Positions 20,344 to 29,682 of a stretch of DNA of 64,000 nucleotides are shown piece after piece. A program made the translations under genes and the position numbers. The notes under the pieces are model-generated. The model did not search any database and was not told the origin of the DNA. It saw nothing but the letters and a program-made list of their open reading frames with translations. Where the stretch lies: the NCBI GenBank assembly GCA_963707865.1, contig OY970175.1:556011-620010 (forward strand), in the 5' to 3' direction. The first letter of the stretch is position 1. Each line of letters starts with the position of its first letter. Source of the stretch: an uncultured bacterium (GTDB lineage Bacteria; Patescibacteriota; Minisyncoccia; UBA6257; 2-01-FULL-56-20).

Positions 20344-20805
20344 ATGCATATTACCTTACATAGATTCCTCAAAAGGATCTACATTCTCGTAACTACGGCG
20401 GCAGCCTTTGTGATGACCGTTGCTCCGGCCATTATTAGGGCTGATATCCTGCCGCAAGCGGACATTTCGGGGCAAAAACTCCAACCCAAAGCGACGCCCA
20501 CGCTTTACCTACGCGTGACGGCATATTCAAGTTCGCCCGACGAGACCGACGATACCCCCTTTATCACCGCAGCGGGGACGAGGGTTAAGAACGGTATCGT
20601 CGCAACAAACGCGTTCCCCTTTGGAACAAAGCTACAAATCCCCGCACTTTTTGGCAATCGGATTTTCACCGTAGAAGATCGTATGAATCGCCGCATGAAA
20701 AATGTCGTGGACGTCTGGATGCCGACGAAATCCGCCGCAATCACATTCGGCGTGAGCTACGCGAACGTCATTATTGTAAAGGACAAGGCACTCTCTCAAA
20801 AGTAA
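20344..20805 (+). CDS. 3D-domain cell-wall-associated protein (MltA/YocH-like)
   Basis: N-terminal signal/TM segment, then VTAYSSSPDETDDTPFITAAGTRV...VDVWM, the 3D-domain signature. Confidence 0.65.
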   Translation: MHITLHRFLKRIYILVTTAAAFVMTVAPAIIRADILPQADISGQKLQPKATPTLYLRVTAYSSSPDETDDTPFITAAGTRVKNGIVATNAFPFGTKLQIPALFGNRIFTVEDRMNRRMKNVVDVWMPTKSAAITFGVSYANVIIVKDKALSQK

Positions 20806-20811
20806 TCCGCA

Positions 20812-21459
20812 CTAAGCAGCCCTTGCAGATTGAAGGAATTCGTAATCCTTTCGGAAGATATGCTTCGCCATGCAAAAAATGCCGAACGCGATGAAAAGCG
20901 CGGAGAACACGTCTATGGAATAGTGGAGGTGCCCAAGAAGCACGGAGACGCCACCGATCGTGGCGAATGCGAAGAAAAGGTATCGTAAATATTTTTCGTC
21001 CCAAAAGACGAACGCAAGCATGAAGGGTAATCCGGTATGCGCCGAAAAGAAGAGATCGTCGCCGGAGCTGAATTTATAGAAGAAATCGGTGGTATCAAGA
21101 TAGGAATGTACCTCTGGCGGCGCGATATGGGTAAGCACCATAAAGATAGAACGAATGAGCGTAAAGAGGGCGATGCTTTTCAGCACAAAGGGGATTCGCC
21201 GCGGCTCATAAAAAATAATGAGGAGCACGACGACATAGAAAATGGTGGCTCCCTCCGTGAAGACAAAGTTGACGTTCACGACGGGGATATTATCCAAGAT
21301 AACGTCCGTGACGACATTTGATACATGCGTCACCGTAAAAATATTCGCGTAATACGTGGCGAAGAGCGCAACTGCATAAAATATTACACCGAAAACCACC
21401 CCGATGAGGAAGCGCTTTTTTGTCCAAATACCTCTATGTTTTTGGATGAATCTCTCCAT
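20812..21459 (-). CDS. polytopic membrane protein, PAP2-like
   Basis: Five to six TM segments. FSAHTG and LLGHLHYSIDV resemble PAP2 motifs 2 and 3. The assignment is weak. Confidence 0.4.
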   Translation of the reverse strand: MERFIQKHRGIWTKKRFLIGVVFGVIFYAVALFATYYANIFTVTHVSNVVTDVILDNIPVVNVNFVFTEGATIFYVVVLLIIFYEPRRIPFVLKSIALFTLIRSIFMVLTHIAPPEVHSYLDTTDFFYKFSSGDDLFFSAHTGLPFMLAFVFWDEKYLRYLFFAFATIGGVSVLLGHLHYSIDVFSALFIAFGIFCMAKHIFRKDYEFLQSARAA

Positions 21460-23405
21460 CAGCGACCGTGAAGTTTTGCTGCGTGCACGAGTCCGGAAAC
21501 GATAACGTTCATATCCAACATCGCCACCGCGACGAACTTGTCAGCTCCCCCGTAATACACATAGAGCTGATGCTTCATCATAATCGCTCCGCAGGGAAAA
21601 ACAACGTTCGGAACCACACCCTCTTTTTCGTAGGGCATCATAGGCTCCAAAAGCGGATCGTGCGTCCGGTAGAGTACGAGCGAGGGGTCTTTGGCGTCAA
21701 GAAGCGCGGCGCGGATGCTGTAATGGCTCGTGCGGCGCGAAATGCCGTGATAGAAAAGCAGCCATCCATATTCGGTTTCTATCGGCGGCGAAGTGCCGCC
21801 GATCCGTTTTGAATCCCATTCGCTCGGGCGCGGCTGCATAAGAATCTTTCCGCCGAGGAACTTCGTCTCGCCGTCAAAATTCAAATCATCCACGGAATCA
21901 ATCCAGATATCCGACCCAAGACGGTGCAAGAACCAATACTTCCCCCCGATCTTTTTCGGAAAGAGCGCGGCATCTTTGTCGTCAAGTCCGGGCGGCGAAA
22001 TCAAGACCGGCTTCGTCCAATGCCACTTGTGGTCGTCAAAATCCTTCGCGCCGATTGATGTGAATGCGACGCGTGGAGGATCTTTCCCGTCAAACGCGGT
22101 GTAGCACATGTAAATCGTATCTCCTATCTGCGTGAGCCGCGGATCCTCACAGCCGGAATTGCCGCCGGGCACGAGTTTTTGCTCAAAACCTTCGCGCGGC
22201 GTGTAAATCGGATCCTGAAGCCGCTTGGTAACATGCACGCCATCCACCGAACTTGCGTATCCGATAACCGACGTATTGTCATCGGACATCGCGCGGTAGA
22301 GAATCCTCACTTTGCCGTTCAAAAAGATCGCCCCGGGATTGAAGGTCGCTTTGGCTTCCCATGCATGTTCCTTGACGGGTGCCACGATGGGATTGCCTTC
22401 AAAGCGAACAAGTTCCCGCTGTCTCGTAAAAACCAGTTGTTCCAAAAGGTCACCGAGCGGCACCACTGCGACGCAAGAAACCGTGTCTGCGGCACCGTAG
22501 TACAGGTACACGTCCTTTCTGTGAACGAGCGCACCCGACGGAAATACAATGTGCGGCACGCGTCCGTAATATTCGTATTCTTCCTCCGGCACAAGGAACG
22601 GCCGCTTCACTTCGCCCGCAATCCTTTTGGGATCGTTCATGTCCAAAAGCACCGCCTGCACCCCGAAGATCGCCGGTGGCGAAAAGTAATTGTAAATATA
22701 AGAGTAAAAGACGAGCCAGCCATCCTTGGTTTTCAAGGGCGCCGCGCCGACCTCCACTTGGTCCTTCTCGTCGTTTTGCTCAATATCAATAACGTGGCTC
22801 TTCCAATCGGCATACCATACATTCCAGTATTCTTCCGACCAAATGTCTTCAATGCGATCAAAAAGTGCAAGGCAGATCTTCGCCGGCGGCCGATCGGTGT
22901 TCACCGTAAGAATCGCTGCGATCTTGCCCTGGACACGCTCCGGAAAAAGCGCCATCGCTTTCGCGTTGAAAGGCGTCACAAGATGTTTCTCTTGTATCGT
23001 CCTGCAATCGCGGGTGACGGCGACGGCCACTCTGATGCCGTCCGCGGAAAATTCCCTGACCGCCGTATAAAAAACATAGTGCTTTCCTTCAAACGTCGTC
23101 GCACGGGGGTCTTCGCAACCGTAGCGTTCCCAATCGTGCTCCGGACCGAAGAGCCGCTCGCGGTTCTTGAAATGAACGCCGTCCTCACTTACCGCGTGAC
23201 CGATCACAGAAATTTCCACTTCGCGGTCTCCCACTTTTTGCTTCGCGCCCGTCGCACGATAGAGCATGTGGATCAAGCCGCCTTCCGTGACGACGCACGG
23301 ATTGTACGCGGCGACGGATTCCCACGCCGACTGCGGATCGGGCGAAAGCACCGGATTTTCGGATAGGCGCCTAACGAGCGGCATTGCGCAGCTTTGGAGC
23401 GCCAT
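21459..23405 (-). CDS. glycoside hydrolase family 130 (DUF377) protein with two tandem GH130 domains
   Basis: Two roughly 300-aa repeats, each carrying the signatures NP..V, LLYR, the acidic GCEDPR motif and FYGGAD/YYGGAD. Confidence 0.7.
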   Translation of the reverse strand: MALQSCAMPLVRRLSENPVLSPDPQSAWESVAAYNPCVVTEGGLIHMLYRATGAKQKVGDREVEISVIGHAVSEDGVHFKNRERLFGPEHDWERYGCEDPRATTFEGKHYVFYTAVREFSADGIRVAVAVTRDCRTIQEKHLVTPFNAKAMALFPERVQGKIAAILTVNTDRPPAKICLALFDRIEDIWSEEYWNVWYADWKSHVIDIEQNDEKDQVEVGAAPLKTKDGWLVFYSYIYNYFSPPAIFGVQAVLLDMNDPKRIAGEVKRPFLVPEEEYEYYGRVPHIVFPSGALVHRKDVYLYYGAADTVSCVAVVPLGDLLEQLVFTRQRELVRFEGNPIVAPVKEHAWEAKATFNPGAIFLNGKVRILYRAMSDDNTSVIGYASSVDGVHVTKRLQDPIYTPREGFEQKLVPGGNSGCEDPRLTQIGDTIYMCYTAFDGKDPPRVAFTSIGAKDFDDHKWHWTKPVLISPPGLDDKDAALFPKKIGGKYWFLHRLGSDIWIDSVDDLNFDGETKFLGGKILMQPRPSEWDSKRIGGTSPPIETEYGWLLFYHGISRRTSHYSIRAALLDAKDPSLVLYRTHDPLLEPMMPYEKEGVVPNVVFPCGAIMMKHQLYVYYGGADKFVAVAMLDMNVIVSGLVHAAKLHGR

Positions 23406-24597
23406 AGCGCTTCAATTCCTCAAGGAACGCATCGAGTTTGGCCATCGCGACGCAGACCACGGAATCTCCCCCGCCGTAGTAAAGGTAGAGCTCGCCATCC
23501 TTCGTGACCGCACCGCAGGAATAGACGACACCCGACTTGAATCCATTGTTCTCGTAATGCATATCCGGCTCCAAAACCGGCGCGCGCGCGCGGTATAGCA
23601 CTTTCGCGGGATCTTTGAGATCAAGGATCATGGCGCCGATCTTATAGCGGTCGGGATCGCGCACGTCCATTGCGTGATAGAAAAGCAGCCACCCGAGTCT
23701 TGTCTTCACGGGCGGCGGCCCCGCGCCGCGGATCCAGCTGTCCCAACCCCCCGCGCGCGAAACGCGGTCATAATGGCTTTGGATGACCGTTTCCTCATTT
23801 TCCAATTTTTCCAAGCTGTCAAAATATTCAACTTCAACGCGCGGCGAAATGCTGTGCAAAATGGCGAACTTGCCGTTGATCTTTTCGGGGAAGAGCACCC
23901 AGTTTTTGTGAATTTCTCCAGGCGGAGAGATGAGTGCCGGTTCCTTCCATGTCCAACGTTTTTTCAAAAAATCCTCCAAACTGATGGAAGATAACGCGAT
24001 GCGGATGGAGCCCCAGCCATCAAACGCGGTATACATTAGATATACTCTATCGTCGAGAAGCGTGAGGCGGGGATCCTCACAGCCACCGTTCCATCCCCCA
24101 CCCGATAAGTATGCGACGGGCGAAACGGACGCCTCCGCCCCGGATGTCGGCTTCTCACGGCTCACGGGGATAAATGCGGGCCGCTCCAAACGCTCCGCAA
24201 TGGTCACCCCATCGTCGCTTCGCGCGTACCCCAATACCGACATGTCGTCCCCGCCGATGGCCCGATAGAGAAGATGCACGCGATGATCCGCATATAAGGC
24301 ACCCGGATTGAATGTCGCCTTCATTTCCCAATACCGCCCTTCGTGCGGCGCGATGATCGGATTGCCTTCGTGCCGTACCAGCTGATGGAGTTTTGGGTAC
24401 GCCCGTTCTCTCTTTTCCCTCCGCGCCCGCGCGAGCGCCGCGCGGCGCAAGGTTCGCAGCAATACGACGTGATGGGAATTAGATTTTTTTGCGTGACCCC
24501 GCGGCGTGCGCTTTTTAGGAGATGCACGGGCGGATTTTTTCCTGATTGCTTTGCGGAGTGGCGGCATTGTATTAGCTACACCAAAACTTGGGGACAA
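23371..24597 (-). CDS. GH130 (DUF377) family protein with Lys/Arg-rich N-terminal tail
   Basis: Contains GCEDPRLT, YLMYTAFDG and LYLYYGGGD. The first 60 aa are strongly basic. The start overlaps the preceding GH130 gene by about 35 nt. Confidence 0.65.
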   Translation of the reverse strand: MSPSFGVANTMPPLRKAIRKKSARASPKKRTPRGHAKKSNSHHVVLLRTLRRAALARARREKRERAYPKLHQLVRHEGNPIIAPHEGRYWEMKATFNPGALYADHRVHLLYRAIGGDDMSVLGYARSDDGVTIAERLERPAFIPVSREKPTSGAEASVSPVAYLSGGGWNGGCEDPRLTLLDDRVYLMYTAFDGWGSIRIALSSISLEDFLKKRWTWKEPALISPPGEIHKNWVLFPEKINGKFAILHSISPRVEVEYFDSLEKLENEETVIQSHYDRVSRAGGWDSWIRGAGPPPVKTRLGWLLFYHAMDVRDPDRYKIGAMILDLKDPAKVLYRARAPVLEPDMHYENNGFKSGVVYSCGAVTKDGELYLYYGGGDSVVCVAMAKLDAFLEELKRYGAPKLRNAAR

Positions 24598-24652
24598 AAA
24601 CCCCAGTCTTATTTACAATTATACACTACGCAGTACGCCGCGAAGGCCCCTT

Positions 24653-25852
24653 TTAGTGCATAACACTCCAGGTCGCGGGGTCCAAATCCCCATCCGCCTT
24701 AAAAAGCATTGCTCCGCGAAGCCCGTATTTCTTAGCTATAGCTATCTTATCCGCCGTTGACTGTGCATCGCTCACGGAAGCAAAGAAGGTAGTGGAGGCG
24801 TTGGGATCTTTCGTCACGAGTGCCGTAGGAAGCGTAGAGGCGACAAGGGAAGTTAGACTGGGGCCGACGTTTATGTGTGTGCTGGAAGCGAAGGTGAAAC
24901 TTAACTCGCCGGCATTATTGCGGTACGGCGCGATGCCCAAGTTGTCCGCCCGATCCATCGCTTGGAAAAACGTGAAGCTGCGCACCCTCTCATACGTGGT
25001 CGCCCCCATGTTCCACGAAACCTGATATTCGTAACCGTACGTCGGGATGCCGAGTACAACTTTCTTCGGACTGATCGTCGCGATCGTATTTTTGATCACT
25101 TTTTCCACCCATGCCGGATCTGCAGTCGGCGCGTAGAGCGTGCCATTCCCTTTTGACGCGTCGAGGTTGATATCAATCGTTCCTTGGTCGTAGGCCATAA
25201 CGCGCACCTCGTCACAATATTTATTGAGCGCGGTGTAATCTTCAGCATACGATACTATGGGCAATGGGTTTGAATCATAGAGCGAACTCACGGGCGTTCG
25301 CGGCACGACAGTGCAGGCAAGCGCCTTGTTCACCGGGTGCAACCGGAGCGCAAGCCCATAGATAAAAAGGGAATAATACGGCTTTGTGCTGGACGTCATG
25401 CTTTCAAAATCAATATCAATGCCGTCAAATTTTTTCGCTTTCACGAGCGCGGCGATCGTATCTTCTTCCGCCTGGCGCTTTTTGGTATTGGAAAGAAGTC
25501 TATAGATATTCGCGGTATCAAACCAGGCAATCGTGGGAATGATCTTCACGCCCGCGTCGCGCACGGCGCCGAACCACGCGTCCCATGAACCATTGCCAAT
25601 GTGGAGATCGTCGATCAAGGCACCACTGGAACTCAACTCGTACGAGAATGGACTTACCTCGTGAAGGATATCAAGGTTCACCGCAATGTTCGCCGCACCG
25701 TCCTGGCTCTTCCAAAATGGCAGCCAGACACCGTAGTAAAATGGCGTCTTTGTGGCCGCGTGCGCCGTAGCCGTGCCTACCGCACCCGCGAAGATTGCGG
25801 CGGGCGTCGCAAGAAATACTATAAAAATTGTGGCAATGATTTTCGTTCTCAT
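24653..25852 (-). CDS. secreted GH18-like (chitinase-like) protein
   Basis: Signal peptide MRTKIIATIFIVFLATPAAIFA and the catalytic motif DGIDIDFE (DxxDxDxE). Confidence 0.6.
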   Translation of the reverse strand: MRTKIIATIFIVFLATPAAIFAGAVGTATAHAATKTPFYYGVWLPFWKSQDGAANIAVNLDILHEVSPFSYELSSSGALIDDLHIGNGSWDAWFGAVRDAGVKIIPTIAWFDTANIYRLLSNTKKRQAEEDTIAALVKAKKFDGIDIDFESMTSSTKPYYSLFIYGLALRLHPVNKALACTVVPRTPVSSLYDSNPLPIVSYAEDYTALNKYCDEVRVMAYDQGTIDINLDASKGNGTLYAPTADPAWVEKVIKNTIATISPKKVVLGIPTYGYEYQVSWNMGATTYERVRSFTFFQAMDRADNLGIAPYRNNAGELSFTFASSTHINVGPSLTSLVASTLPTALVTKDPNASTTFFASVSDAQSTADKIAIAKKYGLRGAMLFKADGDLDPATWSVMH

Positions 25853-26739
25853 GTTTGTTTCCGCGTGATAAATCCTTCCCGTGCGAGCGTGCGCACGATT
25901 TTCCGGATCCGCGGAAGGGGCTCTCTGATTTCCTGGTTGACTCTCCGAACAAGCGATGTTTGAGAAACATTCCCCAAACCTTTCCCCAGGAGCAGTATCC
26001 GCAATATTTTACCACGCAATTCGCGGTCCGAGCCAGCAAATCGCGGCTGTTTCCTATAATGAGCGCTCTTCCAATTCGGATTTTTGATGTCACGCCCGCT
26101 GCCGTTCTCGCCCCCCGAGACAACTCGGCTTGCTGCACCGAGCGACGCGCCGTAATCCATAAGCGCCCAGTACCACTCGCGCGCGTTCTTCCGCGGGAGG
26201 GTTCGTTTGATATAACGCGCGAGTTCCCGATCGGTTACCCACTGTCGGCCCGGTCGGCGCGAAAAGAACGGTCGGCGCGAAAAGAAAAAATGAATGAAAA
26301 CGCGGCGGATGTTCGTTTCAATAAAAACCTCCGGTTCATCCCACGCAAACGCGCGGATGGCGCCCGCCGTCGCTTTCCCTATTCCAGGCAGCGATTCAAG
26401 ATCGGCGCGGTCGCGCGGGAGTTCGCCATTAAATTTTTCTAAAACAATCCTTGACAAGCGCTGGAGTGCAAGCGCGCGTCGGTTATACCCCATCCCCTGC
26501 CACGCGCGGAGCACCTCCGCCGTCCTTGCCCGCGCGAGCGCCCGGACATTCGGAAATTTTTTGATGAAAACCGGATAAAACTTCATCACCCGCGCGACCT
26601 GCGTCTGCTGAAGCATGATCTCCGAGACCAAAATACGGTACGGATCGCGCGTCCGCCGCCAGGGCATACGGCGCCCCTTACGGCGGTAATAATCCCAAAT
26701 AACCCTTCTAAAATGGGCCGTGGACATCGTATTCATCAT
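25849..26739 (-). CDS. HhH-GPD family DNA glycosylase (MutY / A-G-specific adenine glycosylase-like)
   Basis: Contains YRILVSEIMLQQTQV...LPGIGKATAGAI (HhH-GPD). The start is taken at the internal ATG ATG (MMNTMST). The track ORF extends a further 45 codons, through the promoter and hairpin of the rbp gene, from a GTG. Confidence 0.6.
   Translation of the reverse strand: MMNTMSTAHFRRVIWDYYRRKGRRMPWRRTRDPYRILVSEIMLQQTQVARVMKFYPVFIKKFPNVRALARARTAEVLRAWQGMGYNRRALALQRLSRIVLEKFNGELPRDRADLESLPGIGKATAGAIRAFAWDEPEVFIETNIRRVFIHFFFSRRPFFSRRPGRQWVTDRELARYIKRTLPRKNAREWYWALMDYGASLGAASRVVSGGENGSGRDIKNPNWKSAHYRKQPRFAGSDRELRGKILRILLLGKGLGNVSQTSLVRRVNQEIREPLPRIRKIVRTLAREGFITRKQT
26251..26286 (-). repeat. perfect 18-bp tandem duplication inside the glycosylase CDS (FFSRRP x2)
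   Basis: cggtcggcgcgaaaagaa occurs twice in tandem, in frame. Confidence 0.6.
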
Positions 26740-26765
26740 AGACCAAAATTGGAGCCCCCGCGGGA

Positions 26766-26795
26766 CTTGCAATATTTGGTGACGTTGTGGTATAA
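26766..26795 (+). promoter_or_regulatory. sigma-70-type promoter of the RNA-binding-protein gene
   Basis: TTGCAA - 18 bp - TGgTATAAT (extended -10). It is followed by a roughly 200-nt leader containing the hairpin 26834-26899. Confidence 0.5.
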
Positions 26796-26833
26796 TACAA
26801 ACGTTGTAAGTGTTCTTAGTAGGTTTGGCTTGT

Positions 26834-26899
26834 CCAGCCGTAGTTTTGCCCGTGATGCCTTGCGTGAATGGCACGCATGATAAGTAAAACTACGGCTAG
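26834..26899 (+). repeat. copy 1 of the CCAGCCGTAGTT hairpin family (in the rbp leader)
   Basis: CCAGCCGTAGTTTT ... AAAACTACGGCTAG arms enclose a second hairpin (TGCGTG aatgg CACGCA). Confidence 0.5.
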
Positions 26900-26999
26900 A
26901 TGAGAAAGCAGAGGAGAAGTAGGTCGCCTTACACAAAAATAGCAACACAGAGAACTCAGCACCAAATTGTTTTCGCGAGAAGGCGCTGGGTTTTATTTA

Positions 27000-27305
27000 A
27001 TGGCTACAAAATTATACGTTGGGGGTTTGCCCTACACCACGACGCAGGATGAGCTTCAGGCTGCGTTCGCGCAGGCCGGCACCGTTTCGTCCACAACCAT
27101 CATTGTGGACAAGATGACAGGCCGCTCGCGCGGGTTCGGTTTCGTCGAAATGGCATCCGACGAGGATGCCCAGAAGGCGATCGAGATGTGGAACGGCAAG
27201 GACTTCGGCGGCCGCAAGTTGACCGTGAACGAAGCCAAGCCCCTTGAGCAGCGCGCTCCCCGGAGCGGCGGCGGCGGCTATGGCGGCGGACGCCAGAGCT
27301 GGTAG
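27000..27305 (+). CDS. RRM-type RNA-binding protein with Gly-rich tail
   Basis: Begins MATKLYVGGLPY (RNP2), has RGFGFVEM (RNP1) and a C-terminal GGGGYGGGRQSW tail. The track start at 26967 is a TTG. Confidence 0.85.
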   Translation: MATKLYVGGLPYTTTQDELQAAFAQAGTVSSTTIIVDKMTGRSRGFGFVEMASDEDAQKAIEMWNGKDFGGRKLTVNEAKPLEQRAPRSGGGGYGGGRQSW

Positions 27306-27322
27306 GATCCGCTTAACTGCAG

Positions 27323-27358
27323 AACCAAAAATCCCGCGACAACGCGGGATTTTTGGTT
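27323..27358 (+). terminator. strong intrinsic terminator after the rbp gene
   Basis: AACCAAAAATCCCGCG acaa CGCGGGATTTTTGGTT is a perfect 16-bp stem with an embedded U-run. Confidence 0.75.
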
Positions 27359-27603
27359 TGTCCTCGTCTTATGCTTTTCGGAGCCCGCTTCGGACTCGAG
27401 AAATCAACTCGCTCATAACGAAAATCCGCCACCCTGGTCGCTGCTCCCGGGTACCCGGTGGATTTTCTATTCGCTCGCGATTTCTACCTCGTCCTCTCGC
27501 TAGGCTCCTCAAAACACAAGACGAGGACAGGCACAAGACTTCGCAACCCGAGTACTTCTGAATAGTTTAGGATGGGACCATCTTACTCATCTCGATCGGG
27601 ATG

Positions 27604-28122
27604 TTAACCCGTGACTTTATTTTTGTGATAGCCAAGCCGGTTCATAATCCGTTCTTGCATTTTCCCAATTGTTGTACCGAAAGCTAGAAAAGGAGACATT
27701 GACCCCACAACGATCGGCCAAAGTAATGCCAAAATACCCCACAGGTATACATGATTATAAATTAAATATCCACCAACGCCGATCGAAGAAAACCATCTTA
27801 ACTTCACAAAAATTGGGCCGAAGTACATTAAGTTTAAATTAATAAGCATCATAGAAACTAAATTCCAGGCGATGCCTATAATTAACAAAATAATCACCAC
27901 AAACTCTGGTTTATAAAATATAAACAATAGAGGAACAATCGGCTGGGTTATAAAAAAAGGCCAAGCACGCCACTCTATTGCTCGCAAAAGGGCCCATCTT
28001 AGGTTCTCGTCATCTGTATAACTTGTTGGATCCCAAAACATTTTCGTAATTATTGAACGGGCAATTCTAAAATCGTTAGTACGATGAAAAGTCATCATTA
28101 CTTCTCCTATTCTGATAATCAA
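27604..28122 (-). CDS. hypothetical membrane protein (about 4 TM), AT-rich island
   Basis: Hydrophobic segments. GC is much lower than in flanking DNA. It overlaps the upstream gene by 47 nt. Confidence 0.45.
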   Translation of the reverse strand: MIIRIGEVMMTFHRTNDFRIARSIITKMFWDPTSYTDDENLRWALLRAIEWRAWPFFITQPIVPLLFIFYKPEFVVIILLIIGIAWNLVSMMLINLNLMYFGPIFVKLRWFSSIGVGGYLIYNHVYLWGILALLWPIVVGSMSPFLAFGTTIGKMQERIMNRLGYHKNKVTG

Positions 28123-28483
28123 TATAAGCTTGATCTGGATGAACTTGAACGCCTTTATTTTGACAATTAGGGCAATCGAAGTAAGCAGGATTTCCGCAAG
28201 GCTGCATTCTTATTAACTTTTTGTCCGAATCCCAACAACGAGAGCAAAATGGTCCGTCGTGACCCTTTTCTTCTTGAAACCAGTAGGCATTTTTTTCGTA
28301 TCTGAGCTTTCCTTTGATTTCCAGTTTTTCCTTCAAATCACGATTCTCAACTTCAAGATCACCTATATGTTTCTGCATCTCGATCATTTTTCCCTGAGCA
28401 TTAAGAATCTGGCGGTACTGTTCAATTTTCCCGCTCTCCTGTAATACTTTCGCCGCGTCTTTTAACCCATCATATACACCCAT
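28076..28483 (-). CDS. hypothetical coiled-coil / zinc-ribbon protein, AT-rich island
   Basis: Heptad-rich N-terminus (DLEVENRDLKEKLEIKGKL) and a CxxC...CxxC pair (CSRCW...CPNCQ). Confidence 0.45.
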   Translation of the reverse strand: MGVYDGLKDAAKVLQESGKIEQYRQILNAQGKMIEMQKHIGDLEVENRDLKEKLEIKGKLRYEKNAYWFQEEKGHDGPFCSRCWDSDKKLIRMQPCGNPAYFDCPNCQNKGVQVHPDQAYIDYQNRRSNDDFSSY

Positions 28484-28592
28484 TTGAGCTAATTATAATC
28501 AAAATTTAGTAATCCCACATGCCCCACGGTTACTTGGATGCTACGCAACGCTGCCGCTCGCCTCTCGCACCGCGCGGTGGTAAAATGAACGC

Positions 28593-29639
28593 ATGGAAAT
28601 CGCGCTTTTTGCAATTATTGTGGTTGCCCTCGCACTTATCGCCTGGCGCCTCTTCAAGCCACAACCGCCCCAAAAGCAGGATGACCAGGCGCTGCTTCTC
28701 ATTCAAAACCAAATCCAGGACCAGCAAAAACAGATCCGCGACCAGATGAGCGAGCTTTCGCGGACGCTTGATGCGCGGCTCGGCGATTCCACGAAGACCA
28801 TGCTCGCGCAGTCGGACAAAAGCGTGCAGATCGTGCGCGAAATCACAGGCGAGATCACGAAGGTGACCGAGGGACAAAAACAGATTGCCTCCCTCGCCGA
28901 CCAATTGAAAGGCCTGCAGGACATTTTAAAAAACCCGAAACAGCGCGGCGTGCTTGGGGAATATTTTTTGGAAACGGTTTTAAAGAATGTTCTTCCGCCC
29001 GGCGCCTACCAATTGCAGTATCCCTTTGCAGATGGAACAAAAGTGGATGCCGTCATTTTTTACCAGGACCACGTAATCCCGATTGATTCAAAATTCAGTT
29101 TGGAAAATTATAATCGTTTTGTGGGCGCGGCCACCGACGAAGAACGCAAGCGGTTTGAGGATGCCTTGCGCATGGATCTCAAAACGCGCATTGACGAAAC
29201 CGCAAAATACATCAAGCCCGCCGAGGATACGCTGGACTTCGCTTTTATGTTCATCCCGTCGGAGGCGCTTTATTATGACCTCCTTGTGAACAAGATTGGC
29301 GCTGCGGCGGAACGCGACCTTATCCAATATGCGGGCGAAAAGCGCGTCTATCCTGTTTCCCCCACCACGTTCTATGCCTACCTCCAGATGGCGCTCCAGG
29401 GAATCCGCCAGATGGAGATCAACAAGTCCGCCGAGCAAATTCGCAAAAACGTTGGCGAACTGCAGCGCCACTTGGAACGTTACGAGGAGTATCTGGAAAA
29501 AATCGGTACGCACCTTTCGACCACCACAAACGCCTACGACACCGCCTACAAAGAATTTGGGAAGATAGACAAGGACATTTTGAAGATCGGCGGGAGTGCC
29601 GAGTTGGATGGTCCGCGGTCGCCGGAAAAACCGCTCTAA
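28593..29639 (+). CDS. rmuC: DNA recombination protein RmuC
   Basis: N-terminal TM, a long coiled coil, and the conserved C-terminal nuclease-like block (YPFADGTKVDAVIFYQDHVIPIDSKF). Confidence 0.8.
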   Translation: MEIALFAIIVVALALIAWRLFKPQPPQKQDDQALLLIQNQIQDQQKQIRDQMSELSRTLDARLGDSTKTMLAQSDKSVQIVREITGEITKVTEGQKQIASLADQLKGLQDILKNPKQRGVLGEYFLETVLKNVLPPGAYQLQYPFADGTKVDAVIFYQDHVIPIDSKFSLENYNRFVGAATDEERKRFEDALRMDLKTRIDETAKYIKPAEDTLDFAFMFIPSEALYYDLLVNKIGAAAERDLIQYAGEKRVYPVSPTTFYAYLQMALQGIRQMEINKSAEQIRKNVGELQRHLERYEEYLEKIGTHLSTTTNAYDTAYKEFGKIDKDILKIGGSAELDGPRSPEKPL

Positions 29640-29682
29640 AATTTAATAATCTTTTAACGGCTGGTCGTGTTAAATAAGAGGC

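Noticed and set aside
26740-26874. N-terminal 45-codon extension of the MutY-like ORF from a GTG at 26874
   Set aside because: The extension runs antisense through the rbp promoter, -10 box and leader hairpin. An internal ATG-ATG at 26739 gives a normal MutY N-terminus.
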